DNA of 63,009 nt, filler included, from Chiloscyllium plagiosum (Eukaryota), in NCBI RefSeq assembly GCF_004010195.1. It is 5 parts of one record of this genome, joined end to end, with 100 filler letters (N's around TTAATTAATTAA, not from the genome) between each part and the next. Parts side by side here need not be neighbours in the genome. Positions count along the whole stretch, not along the records: positions 47,560 to 56,518 come from NC_057716.1; positions 56,619 to 63,009 come from NC_057716.1; 3 more parts are not named here. One strand, written 5' to 3'. Below, in pieces: positions 50,821 through 62,761 of this stretch; position 1 is the stretch's first letter; every line of letters starts with the position of its first letter. Under the pieces are notes generated by a model. That model searched no databases, was not told the origin of the DNA, and worked only from the letters and a program-made list of their open reading frames with translations. The translations under genes and the position numbers were made by a program.

Positions 50821-53385
50821 CTCTTGTGTTGTCCTGATTGCTTCTTTGATGCTTCACAGACTCTAATTCCCGACTTTCTCCCTGCCTCCTTTTGAAATAC
50901 TGGGATTATATTTGCTGCACTCAAATCTGTCAATCAATCATCAGGAATTTGGAAGACAGTAAGCAAAGTATTCATTAACACAATGGCCAGTTCCTTTAGG
51001 AATCATGGATAAAGATTATCAGGCCATGGGGATTTATCAGATTTCAGTCCAAATATTTTCTCCAAAACTGATTATTTGCTGATTTGATTGTATTTCCTGT
51101 CTTTTCTCAGTAGACCTGGAATTGCTTCGAAGTTTTTAACTTTTTTCTTTCATGAAGGCAGAACTAAAGTAGTTGTTTCATAGTCTGCCATTCTCCCGTT
51201 CTCCATTCGCTGGTTTTGGACTGTAAGGAAGCTGCAATTATCTTTGCCAACATTTCATCTTGATATATTGTACTTTGAGAAGCTTTAACATTTCACGCTT
51301 GTTTAATATACTCTTCTGAAACCTATTACTCCCTGTCTTAAGCTGTTCAATGATTGACCTTCCACAAGCATACAATCAAAGAAACACAGCCTGTGTAGCA
51401 TCAAAATTACAGCACGATCTACATTAAACCAACGTTACTACATCAGTCCCATAGCCATGAATGGTTTGACACTTCAAGTGCTCGCCAAAATACATTTTAA
51501 TGGTTGTGAGGTGACCCGTGATAGCTGCCGACCACCCCACCCTCCTCAGGAGGTGCATTCTGGACCGCATCACCCTCTGGGTGAAAAACAATCCCTGAAT
51601 CTTCTGTAAACCTCAAATCCTTCCCTTTAAACGTGTGCTCCCCTGTTCTTAGCCCTTTGACTAAAAGGAACAGCTGCGGTCTATCCACCCTGTCAATGTC
51701 CATCGTAATCTTATCCTTCTGAATCACGTCCCCCTCAGCCTTCTCTGCTCCAAACTCAACAAATGGTGTTTATGAAATCTCTCTCCATAGCTGATATGCT
51801 ACATCCTTGGCAACATCCTGGTGAATCTCTGTACTCCCTCCAGAACAATCACATGCTTCCTGCAATGGGGCTCCCAGAACCCCATATAGTATTCCATCTT
51901 GGCCGAACCAAAGTGCTACACAGCTCTTGTAATCTATGCCTCTATGAGTAAACACTATGCCTACTGTTTCCGATTATTTCTTACGCAACCTTTGATCGTC
52001 CCCCGTTATGTTCACGGATGTGTGGAGAAGCACCCTCTGAGCTTCCTGGTGTGCTGCCATTCATTGTGTACTCTCCTGTCTGGTTCCTTCCTCCAAAGTG
52101 CATCACCTCATATTTATCAGGGTTACATCTGCCATTGATCCACCCATCTGACCTTTCCATCTGTATCTTCCTGTAACATAAGAACTTCCTCCTCACTGCC
52201 AAACACCCAGGCAATATTTGAGTCAACACAGACTTACTTATCACGCTGCCATTCCCCCTCCACAGCCACACCTATATCATTTATAAATACCATAAACAAT
52301 AAGGGGCACAGCACTGATCCCTGTGTTACATCAGGGGACACCGTTCTCCAGTCACACAAACAGTCTTCTACCACGAACCTATTTTTTTGCAAACTTTTCT
52401 CTAACACTGATCTGAACACACTGTTCTATAGTTCACTGTTCTATCTCCACAACCCTTTCTATAAAGGGTCCTCTCCAGTCCTCGGCCACCTTACCTGTGA
52501 CAAGATTCTATTTAAACATTTGCATCAGCGCCTTTCATTCCTTGTCTCTAACAGCAGCCTGAGATGTAACTGATCTAGACCTAGGAATTGGTCCAGTTTT
52601 AGACCAGTCAAAACCATCAATCCCTGCTCACATCTTACATCAAGCTGTTCAAGAGCTTCCAGTCCATCTTCTTGAATTCTGTACCTGCCACCTCCTTTTC
52701 CCAAGTAAAAAGACGTGACATTCTCATATAACAATCAATCAGCGTTCTTCAGTTTCACACACAGATTCCCGCCCTGATCCCAGACCAAGTCTCCTCAGCA
52801 GACCATCGTGCCATCTGAGAGACTTATCAGGAGAATGCCCATTCAGTATATGTGATCAGTATATTTACTTCGATCAAGACATCAAACTTGTCCAGGTCCA
52901 GTCCAGGTCCAGTCTCCCCAACTCTCTGTGTTACTGGTGCAGAACGTCTTTACTTCTAGTCGGAGCAAATCACTGCAGAAGCTGAATCTGTACTGAACCC
53001 AACACATACTGGAGATCACAGTGAGGCAGACAGCACCGTAAAGAGAGAGCAAGCTGACACTTTGAGTCTCGTTGATTCTTGATTGTCTGTATTCGGATTC
53101 CCTTTAAATGAAGGCGTTGAAAGGGGCACAGCACTGAAACCTGTGGCACACCAGCGTACACCGGCCTGCAGTCACACAAATAACCTTCTACCACCACCTA
53201 TGTTCTCCAATAGTTTCTCTAATGCTTACCTTCCCCTGTTTGCATATGATCCTCCCAATACACTTTGCTTTAATGTTTTCTGATAACTTACTGTGTGTGC
53301 TGATTAAACCTGTTCCTGAATATCTGACTGCACCACATTCACTGATTCGCCATTGTCCATATCTACAAGACATATATTTTAAAAA
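50821..53385 (-). repeat. Right arm of the inverted duplication
   Basis: Begins ctcttgtgttgtcctgattgc, the reverse complement of 50102-50122; colinear out to 53385. Confidence 0.92.
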
Positions 53386-54652
53386 AATTGTAAATTATAA
53401 CCTCCCTTTCATAAATGCAGAATAACTCTCTTGAAATTTGCTATTGCTTACTCAGTGTCCAAGAGGTTGCAACAGATTCCCTACTGTGGATGACAACTAA
53501 CTGGCCTGTAGTCCTCCACTGTCCCACTTTTTCCCTTCGTAAATCATTAGAATGCATTTATAATGAATACAGAGAAATACAGTGGTCCCTATTGCAATCA
53601 ATATGTGTATTGCAGTTTTCTCTGAAATTTCATTTTGAATTATATCTAGTCTGTCAGACTTATCAATCCTCATCCCACTTCTATTTCCAAATACTACCTC
53701 ATAACTGTGTATGAATCGTTTTAGTCTTTAGTTACAAAGGTCCCATGGTGACTTGGTATTTCTGGGAGATTTCCTGGATCTTCTTCTTTGAAGACTAACG
53801 CAATGTCACTGTTTCATCTCCTTGTCATTTTTCTGTTCTCTACAATAAATTCTCGTATCCACACATTCGCTGTGCCACACTTGATCTTGGTTTCATTTTT
53901 CTTTCAAGTATCAACAGACGCTGTTCGCCAGTATTTACAAATAACAAAGAAAATCACAGCACAGGAACAGCCCCTTCAGTCCTCCAAGCCTGTGTCAATC
54001 CTGTACCTGTACCCTATTTTCTAAGGTTCTGTATATCTCTGCTCCCTGCCCATTCATTTATCTGTCCGGATACATACTAAATGATGCTTTCGTCCCTGCC
54101 CCTCCCTCCTCCGCTGGCATCGCATTCCAGCACCCATAACCCTCTGCGCAAAGAACCTTTTGAGCATATCTCCAATAAACTTTTCCCCTTTCATCATGAA
54201 TTCTTGACACCTAGTAACTGACTCCCCCAATCTGGGAATAAGCTTCTTGCTATTCACCCTGTTTACACCTCTCATGATTTTGTAGACCTCAGTCAAGTCC
54301 TCCCTGAACCTCCGTCTTTCTCATGAAAATAATCCCAATCTACCAAACCTCTCTTCATATTTGGTTCCCTCCATTCTAGGCAACAACGTGGAGGAAATCC
54401 TTGACACTCCTTTCAAAGCATCCAGATCCTTTCAGGAATGTGGCAACCAGAACTGTTCGCAGTATTCTGAATGTGGCCGAACTAAAGTCCTATACAACTG
54501 TAATATGGCTTGCCTACTCTTGTACGCAATAGATTCCAACAAATTCCCTCCTGTGGATGACGAGTTAACGGGACTGTAGTTCTCCACTTCTTCAATTGTT
54601 AGAAATCAGGAAGCAAAGTATGCTGTGTGCCTGCTTGATCATTCTATCGACC

Positions 54653-54730
54653 AGGAGAAAGTGAGGACTGCCGATGATGGAGATCAGAGCTGAAAAATGT
54701 GTTGCTGGAAAAGCGCAGCAGGTCAGGCAG
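54653..54730 (-). mobile_element. 78-bp PLE terminal insertion
   Basis: aggagaaagtgaggactg...caggtcaggcag flanked by perfect 13-bp TSD cattctatcgacc (54640-54652, 54731-54743). Confidence 0.9.
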
Positions 54731-54833
54731 CATTCTATCGACCTGCCACTTTCAGCGAACAATGGACGTGAACACCCAGATCTCTCTGTCCATCAATTTT
54801 CCCCAGGACCTTTTCCAGTTACCGTATAATTGT

Positions 54834-55136
54834 GGGCGGCACGGTGGCACAGTGGTTAGCACTGCTGCCTCACAGAGCCTGAGACCCGGGTTCAATTCCC
54901 GCCTCAGGCGACTGACTGTGTGGAGTTTGCACGTTCTCCCCGTGTCTGCGTGGGTTTCCTCCGGGTGCTCCGGTTTCCTCCCACAGTCCAAAAGATGTGC
55001 AGGGTCAGGTGAATTGGCCATACTAAATTGCCATAGTGTTAGGCAAATGTAGGGGTATGGGTGGGTTTCGCTTCGGCGGGCCGGTATGGACTTGTTGGGC
55101 CGAAGGGCCTGTTTCCACACTATAATGCAATCTAAT
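54834..55136 (+). mobile_element. HE1-type V-SINE (young, complete)
   Basis: gggcggcacggtggcacagtggttagc (A box), gggttcaattccc (B box), V-domain, CR1-like tail. Confidence 0.95.
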
Positions 55137-56354
55137 TCGTTCTCGAATTGGATCTTCCAAAATGAATCACCTCACATCTGCCCATTCTCCACCCAACTCT
55201 CCAATCTGTCTACATTCAGCTGTGTTCGCTGACTGTCCCCTCAAGTTTCTGCTACTCTACCAATCTTAGTGTCCCCTGCTGATCAGACCACCTATACCTT
55301 CCTTCAGATCATGTAAGTAGATCACAACAAACAGTGGTCCCAGCACGGATCCCTGTGAAACACCACACAGAACAGTTGTCCATTTTGAGAAACTCGCTTC
55401 CATTACTACTCTCTGTCTCCTGTTACCCAGCCAGTTCTCTAATCCATCTAGCTAGTACACCATGGACTCCTGCGACTTCACCTTCTCCATCAGTCTATCT
55501 CATCAAACGCCATACTGACGTCCATGAATATGACAACTCCAGCCCTTTCTCCACTATTAACTTTGTCATTCCTCAAAGAATTCTATTATGTTTGCTAAGA
55601 TGTGACCTTCCCTGCACAAATAATGGAAGGTCTTGTGTGGAGTCCGACTTGTTTTACCCTGGATTCATCCTGGTTTTATTTCCAAAACAGGACTTTATAA
55701 AATGCCACAATGATTAGCTGTGTACAATTTGAATGTTGTTTTGAACAAAATACAATCTAGTCACAAATATAAATCTGCAAACGCAAATTAGCTTCCCAGA
55801 TTTATATGTGTGTCTGTGCGAGAGATGCGGAGTGTGTGTGTGTGCTGGGGAGTGGGGGGCGGGTGGCGTGCGAGTGAGAGAGAGAGGATGTGTATGTTTG
55901 TGNNNNNNNNNNNNNNNNNNNNNNNNNNNNNNNNNNNNNNNNNNNNNNNNNNNNNNNNNNNNNNNNNNNNNNNNNNNNNNTGGATTCAGAGCTTCCACAC
56001 TCTGCAGCCTCTGCTCCAATTGTTGTTCATGTTACAGATCCAGATTCTTTAACTACAGACCCCATGCTACATCCAGAATTGGGTCACCAAATCCTCTGTT
56101 CTCCCTGAATTTCTGCGGCATTTCACAGAACAACCTCCAGCAAACCATCCCCAGCCCCTTCACTAACTTTTCAATAACAGGAGACAAACAGGCTTCCCTC
56201 CACTAAAAGGGAGATATCTACTCCTTTATAATTATACTCCAGGGACCTCCTCGTGTTTCTGACCACGTGATCAGCTGAAAGGGACAAACACAGGCTTTCA
56301 GTGGACACGCATAGACCAAGTTTTAAAGACATGAGTCAAATATGCTGAAACTCC

Positions 56355-56470
56355 CTGTCCAACATGGAGCACAACTTGGGACACACCAGTAAGTGAACAA
56401 CAGCCCAGCACACACACCGCTGTCCAACATGGAGCACGACGTGAGACATACCGGGAAGGGAACAGCTGCC

Positions 56471-56515
<45 letters not shown>
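56355..56515. repeat. Two diverged ~65-bp tandem units followed by a (CA)n microsatellite
   Basis: ctgtccaacatggagcac at ~56355 and ~56420; (ca)n at ~56473-56515. Confidence 0.75.
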
Positions 56516-56518
<3 letters not shown>

Positions 56519-56674
56519 NNNNNNNNNNNNNNNNNNNNNNNNNNNNNNNNNNNNNNNNNNNNTTAATTAATTAANNNNNNNNNNNNNNNNNNNNNNNNNN
56601 NNNNNNNNNNNNNNNNNNTGAAACTTTATTGCTGGAACAGCACAGCAGGTCAGGCAGCATCTAGGGAACAGGAG

Positions 56675-56710
56675 ATTCGACGTTTCGGGCACAGGCCCTT
56701 CTTCAGGAAT
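56675..56710 (-). ncRNA. Minimal hammerhead motif (inverted copy)
   Basis: Exact reverse complement of 56978-57013. Confidence 0.7.
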
Positions 56711-56977
56711 GAGCAGAGAGTGTTCAGCAGGAGAAGATAAAAGGTAGGGAGGAGGGACTTGGAGGAGGGGAGTTGGAAGTGGAGGAGATGCGGTGGAGGG
56801 CACCGTCGACCACGTCGCCTTCCTGACCTGCAGTCTTCTTGTTGACCTCTCCGCCTCCATCCTACTCCGACCTATCACCCTCACCTTGACCTCTTTCCAC
56901 CTATCACATTTCCAACGCCCCTCCTCCAAGTCCCTCCTCCCTACCTTTTATCTTCTCCTGCTGAACACTCTCTGCTC

Positions 56978-57013
56978 ATTCCTGAAGAAGGGCCTGTGCC
57001 CGAAACGTCGAAT
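56978..57013 (+). ncRNA. Minimal type I hammerhead ribozyme motif in a PLE terminal repeat
   Basis: attc-CTGAAGA-a-gggc-ctgt-gccc-GAAA-cg-TC-gaat: stem I attc/gaat, stem II gggc/gccc, GUC triplet. Confidence 0.7.
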
Positions 57014-57930
57014 CTCCTGTTCCCTGGATGCTGCCTGACCTGCTGTGCTGTTCCAGCAATAAAGTTTCAACTTTGATCTCCAGCATCTGCAGACCTCACT
57101 TTCCCTTTGCATTTTATAGTCAGCTAAACTGAACTAAACTCCACCGCAAGGGAGTATTAAGCATACACTTAACTTATGGATTTGATCATTTCTTAATGAG
57201 AGGCAATTTCAGTGGACCACAAAGTACCTCAGCCTCTACTCTGATCTTGACTGAACTTCAAATACATCTTGCCTATATCTACAGCAAGAATGACTGATGC
57301 AGCATGTTGTAAGATGTCTTTCCAGGAATTTCTACAGTATCCCCAATTAACATATTCCATACAAGGAATCGGCAATTTATTAACAGTTTCCCTTCCCATC
57401 TTCTCCCAAGAACCTTCCACATATGCCAGCTGTTATTTAGGGGCCTCAATAGCAAGATTTTACAGACTATTGAATTTGAAGCACAGCACCACCATAGTCA
57501 TTATTTTTCACCAGCATTTGTGCACAAGCACAGCCAGTAAAGAATGACAGTTAACAATCAGGAGAAGGAACGGAGGCCAATTTTCTCTACAACCAATTAG
57601 AAGTCCCGATATCCCCACTCAAGGAGATAATGACATAACCTGGATGGGAATGAACCTGGGATTTACCTAACTGGCACATCTCAGTCACTCACCAGGTGAA
57701 ATTCTTCTATCATTCATGATTAGGGGACCTTAAATATTACTGATTACTGCATCATCAGTGAAAGTAACGCAATAGGCCATTAGCAGCTGTTGTGAAGATG
57801 TCGTAACTAGATAATTTCCTATGTTTCATCATTCAAACATAGGGTGTTGAACATTCTGGGGCGTGGGGGAGGATCTATTATTCCAACCAACACCATCCAT
57901 CCTCTGGTACCTTGTGAAAGAAGGTATTCT

Positions 57931-58120
57931 AGGAGAAAGTGAGGACTGCAGATGCTGGAGTACCAGAGTTGAAAAATGTGGTGCTGGAAAAACATAGTAG
58001 GCCAGGCAGCATCCGAGGAGCAGGAGAATAGAAGAAGGGCTTATGCCCGAAACGTCGATTTTCCTGCTCCTCGGATGCTGCCTGGCCTGCTGTGTTTTTC
58101 CAGCACCACATTTTTCAACC
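57931..58120. mobile_element. PLE-derived fold-back insertion
   Basis: Inverted arms of ~55-60 bp; perfect 14-bp TSD aaagaaggtattct (57917-57930, 58121-58134). Confidence 0.92.
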
Positions 58121-58699
58121 AAAGAAGGTATTCTGCTTGTATAAGATTACTGGTTACATTTTAAAAAAAACATTAACATTTTCAATGGAAACCACACAAA
58201 TGTTGGATCACTGTGTAAAAAAAAATCAAGTTCACCCATGCCTTTTGGAGAAGGAAATCTGCTGTGCTTTCCCTGTATTGCCTAATTCTGACTCCAGATC
58301 CACAACAATGTGGCACTTTTAACTGTCCTCTGAAATGATCCAGCAGCCACTCAATGATACTTCAAGTCTATTACCACCAACTTTCCTGATGGCAATTAGA
58401 GTTGGGGAATAAATACTTGCAATATCCATACCCACAAATGAATAAAGGTAATTAAAATTTCAGTGCTTCTGTTTAAGAAATGGATGGCACCAATAATGTA
58501 ATTATTCTTGCCTCATTATACATAGGTTGGACACTTGGTTACTGTATGTTCAAGAATCTATGTTGTTTTGACAAAAATGCATGTTCACCAACACACAGGC
58601 CATTTCAGGTTCCAATCTTACTGTCTGTAATAACTGAAATTGCAGCCACAATGGCAAATAAATCCCTACTCCCACCCAAACCTAAAGGACCTCAGATAC

Positions 58700-59057
58700 T
58701 TTTTTATTCATTCAGAGGATGTGAGCCGCACTGGCTAGGCTAGCATCTATAACCCACTACTGAGTCCCCAAAGGCCAGTTAAAAATCAACCACATTGCTA
58801 CGGGTCTGGAGTCACATGTAACCCAGACCAGGTAAGGACGGCAGTTTCCTTCCGTAAAAGACAGCAGTGAACCAGATGGACTTTTCCAACAATCAACAAT
58901 GGATTCATAGCATGATTAGACTCTTAATTCCAGGTATTTGTATGGATTTCAAATTCTGCCATCTGCCATGGCAGGATTCAAACCCAGTCCCCAGAACATT
59001 ACCTGGCTCCCTGGACTGATAGTCAAACGATGGTGACGCTAGGCCAATGCCTCACCA
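58700..59057 (-). mobile_element. tRNA-headed SINE (same family as 11505-11878)
   Basis: aaccacattgctacgggtctggagtcacatgta...cagaccaggtaaggacggcag...ggattcaaaccc. Confidence 0.8.
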
Positions 59058-59122
59058 AAATCTATTTTCTATTCATAGCCCTGTTACACAAAAATTGACA
59101 ACTGCACATAATGTAAGTTTAC

Positions 59123-59247
59123 CTGTCCTTTAGCAAACCCGCAGAGGAGTCGAGTGCAGTCACTGTTGATACTAAGCGCAGATACCGCTCCATATTGAGC
59201 CCCGACTGCTGTACTCCCCAGGCACAACCGCAGAGCCTGATTTGGAT
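59123..59247 (-). CDS. VPS8: Internal coding exon of VPS8 (CORVET subunit, N-terminal beta-propeller region)
   Basis: Minus strand reads tgactttcAG|ATCCAAATCAG...GCTAAAGGACAG|GTaaac; 125 nt, phase 1 to 0. Translates (D)PNQALRLCLGSTAVGAQYGAVSALSINSDCTRLLCGFAKGQ, matching recalled vertebrate VPS8 (DQNQALRLCLGSTSVGGQYGAISALSINNDCSRLLCGFAKGQ). Confidence 0.93.
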
Positions 59248-59649
59248 CTGAAAGTCAAACACCTCTCAGAGACTGGAGGAAAATTTATCACTTAGTTACA
59301 CATCTTTCTCTTCTAAGGCTGTGACTAGAACACCACAGGTACTACTCATGCATTCAATTATAGGACTTTTTATAGCAACCTCTTCGCTTCAAAGCACAGC
59401 AGAGAATATCAGATGTTAAAGCTCCAAGGAAATAAGTTTTGCCCATGAGATCTTTGAGTTTCTAATAAAACTGACTACAGAGCATATTTAAAATTTATGA
59501 ATTCCTGCTTGGAAGTAGTTTTATGGTTTGATAGAGATCACGTGATTTAAAACAGCATATTTGATCTACAGCGGCTATTTCTAATAAACTACTTTCCACC
59601 ACCCCAGCAAAGGTCTGTGAAATAAACATGCAACTGGAGCAATTTATTC

Positions 59650-60265
59650 CATTTATCGAGCACCTTTCAGGATCCCAGAAGTCCACCCTTTCTAACAAAT
59701 GAAGTACAGGCCGTTCTGAAGTGTTTTTGCTGTTGTAATGTGTGAAACACAATGGACAAGTGAAGATAGCACACCTGCAGCAGGGTAGTGAAATAAACTA
59801 CCAAACCATCTGTTTTTTTCAGATGCTGCTTGAGGGATAAATCATAGAATAACTGACTAATACAGCACATGAGGCCATTTGACCCATCAAGTCTGTGCAA
59901 GTTCTTTCAAAGAAGATTCCAGTTGGTCCCACTCTCCTTCTCCTTCCCCATATTCATGCATTTGTTTTCTCCGAGTATTTATCCAATTCCATTTTGAAGG
60001 CTACCACTGAATTTGTGTTCAAACCATAATAAATCCTAATAGCGTCCAGTAAACAAGAAGAATACGCCAATAATTCAAGAGACCTTTTATGTTTACTTGT
60101 AAAGACAGACTTTATGTAACATCCTATCTGAAAGACAACTGCCCTGGTAGTGCAACAGTACTGCATTAAAGTCAGGGTAGATTATGTGCTCTAAAGTGGG
60201 GTGTAAATCCACAACCTTATGATTTGGAGGCGAGATAGCTATTCACTTAGCCACAACTGACACCT
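59650..60265 (-). mobile_element. Old Deu-domain SINE (SacSINE1/AmnSINE1-like) split by a CR1 tail (~59842-60025)
   Basis: Remnants gaagtg...ctgttgtaatgt, atctgttttt...ttgagggataaat, tctgaaagac...gtgca..cagtactgca...agattatgtgctc; tRNA-like head ending agccacaactgacac. Confidence 0.6.
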
Positions 60266-60829
60266 AATCTGCATTCTATCTCAATTTACTTTCAGCAGGA
60301 GAGTGGGGTAAATGTTCGAAAACATTTCATGAGAAGAGTACAGTTCATTAAAGAGTGAATTGCCGAACTGGAAGAAAAATGACTTGATAACCCAAATGGC
60401 CTATTGTCTACATTTTAAAAAGACAAACTACAAGAGTAGAGTTAAAAAAGCAAAGATATGATAAATGCAGAATTTCAAGTGGATTCCAGAAAGTCTGATA
60501 TAAAAAAGGACCATGTGGTAATCACAATTTTGGGTGGAAAAGATCCTTTTTAAATGTAGGAATCTAACAAGTATTCTTTGTCATCCATTAACCGACTTGT
60601 GCAAAACAGATATTTTACCTTTGGTTTTAGATTTTTATCAGTTTTTTGTTTCCATTCTCACTTTTCCCCATAAGCCTACAATTCATGGTTTGGCTCAGAA
60701 ATAGTTATAAATATGGACAATTAACTTCTGACTTTCAAACCTGATGCTTTATTGCATTTTTTGTGAGAAAATTAAAGATGTCAATTTAGCTTGATACCAA
60801 GGTAAAATATTCATCATTGATACAGTATC

Positions 60830-62757
60830 AAGTACAGAAATGTGGCTCAGAGATGGACAGGACTGGCAACTTATGTTCTGGGGTTCAAATGCCAGATGAT
60901 GGATAGAAAGGACAGCAAGAAAGGAGGGGGAGTAGTATATTTGGATAGGCCTAACAGTACAGCTGCGCTAAGGGAGGATATTCCTGTGTGATGGTCCAGT
61001 GAAGTTTTATGGGTAGAACTGAAAAATAAGAAAGGGATGGTCACCTTGTTGGGATTGTATTAAAAGTGTCCCGATAGTCAGCAGGAAATTGAGAAGCAAA
61101 TATGTAAAGAGATCTCAGACATCTCCAAGGAAAATAAGGTTGTAATGGTCAGGGATTTTAACTTTCCAAACATAGATTGGACAGTCATAGTGTTAAGTGC
61201 TTGGATGGGGAGGAATTTGTTAAGTGTGCATCAGAAAATTTTCTTATCCAATACATGGATGTACCAATACGAGGAGGAGCAATACTTGATCTTCTGTTGG
61301 GAAATAAGACAGAGCAAGTGACTGAGGTGCCAATATGGGAGCACTTTGGGGCAAAAGATCACAATTCTATGAGTTTTAAAATAGTCATGGAGAAAGATAG
61401 AACTGATTAAAAAGTTAAAGCTCTAAATTGAAGTAAGACCAATTTTGATAGCATTAGACAAGAATGTTCAAAAGGAGGAGGCTATTCCCAGGTAAAGTGA
61501 CTGCTGGGAAGTGGGAGGCCTTTAAGAATGAGGTTACAAGAGTTCAGAGATAGTATTTTCCTGTTATGGTGAAGGGCAAGGCTGGTAGGTATAGAGAATG
61601 CTGGATGACTAGAGAAATTGAGGCTCTGGTCAAGGAAAAGGAGGCATATATCAGATATAGTCAGCAGGGATTGACAGAAGGGCAGCAGGAGTATACTTAT
61701 GAGGGAAATCAGGAGGCCAAATAGGGGACATTAGATAGCTTTGGCAAATGGAGTTCAGGAGAATTCAAAAAGATTCTACAAATACATTAGGAGCAAAAGA
61801 GTAACTAAGAAGAAAATACAGCCCCTTTAAGATCAACAAGGCCGACTACGTGTGGAACCACAGGAGACTGGTGAGATACTAAACTAGTATTTCTCATCAG
61901 CATCTACTATAGGTAGAGAAGGTCATGGAAGCTAGAGAACTTGGGGAAGTAAATAACTTAGGGACACCTTGAATAATGTCCGTATTAAAGAAGAGGAGCT
62001 GCTGAAGGTCTTAAAATGTGTAAAGGTAGATAAACCCCCAGAACCTGATCAGGTGTTTCCCAGAACTTTGTAGGAAGCTAGGGATGAGATTACTGGACGC
62101 CTTGCTAAGATATTTGTACTATCGATAGCCACAGGCAAGGTGCTGGAAGACTGTTGGTTGGCGAATGCAGTGCCGTTATTTAAGAAAACTCAAAACTCGC
62201 TATTATTTAAGAAAGGCTATAAGGAAAAGCCAGGGAACTACAATGTGAGCCATGCATCAGTGGTGAATAAGTTGTTGGAGGGGATTCTGAGGGACAGGAT
62301 ATACATGTAAATGGAAAAGCAAGGTCTGATTAGAGATAGTCAACATTTCTTTGTGCGTGAGAAATCAAGTCGAATTAACTTGATTGAGTTTTTATGCAGG
62401 TGGCAAAGATGACTGATGAAGGCACAGCAGTAGACATTGTCTATTTGAACTTCAGTAAAGCATTCAACAAGGTTTGGCATGGTAGACTTGTTAGTAAGTT
62501 TAGATAACATGAGATCCAGGGGAGCTAGTCAACTGGTTACAAAACTGGGTTGAAGGTAGGAGTCTTATGGTGGTGGTGGAGGGATGTTTTTCAGACTGGA
62601 GGCCTAGGACAGCCATGCACTACAAGTATCACTGCTGGGTCCCCTGTGTTTTATCATTTATATAAATGATTTGGATGTGAATATACGAAGTATGGTTAGT
62701 TAGTTTGCAGAAGACACCAAAGTAGGCATTGTGGACAGTGAAGATGATTACCTCAAA
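60830..62757 (+). mobile_element. CR1 ORF2 (EN and RT), interrupted by a PLE
   Basis: DFNFPNIDW, LDLLLGN...DHN, KPGNY, FSKAFNKV.HGRL, FAEDTK. Confidence 0.92.
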
Positions 62758-62761
62758 GATG

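Larger units (their letters stand above)
53940..55620 (-). mobile_element. Diverged CR1 RT/3' part with nested PLE fragment and V-SINE
   Basis: TEVYKIMRGVNRVNSKKL.PR.GES.TR on the minus strand; RT remnants up to ~55620. Confidence 0.8.
56619..57105. mobile_element. Young PLE terminus with an inverted terminal-repeat copy
   Basis: 152-bp inverted arms 56619-56770 and 56918-57069 (one mismatch seen); ends ctccagcatctgcagacctcacttt. Confidence 0.9.

Noticed and set aside
50235..50933. ~200-aa ORFs in the ORF track
   Set aside because: Artefacts of reading through the N gap.
54834..54905. tRNA-like A/B boxes
   Set aside because: SINE heads, not tRNA genes.
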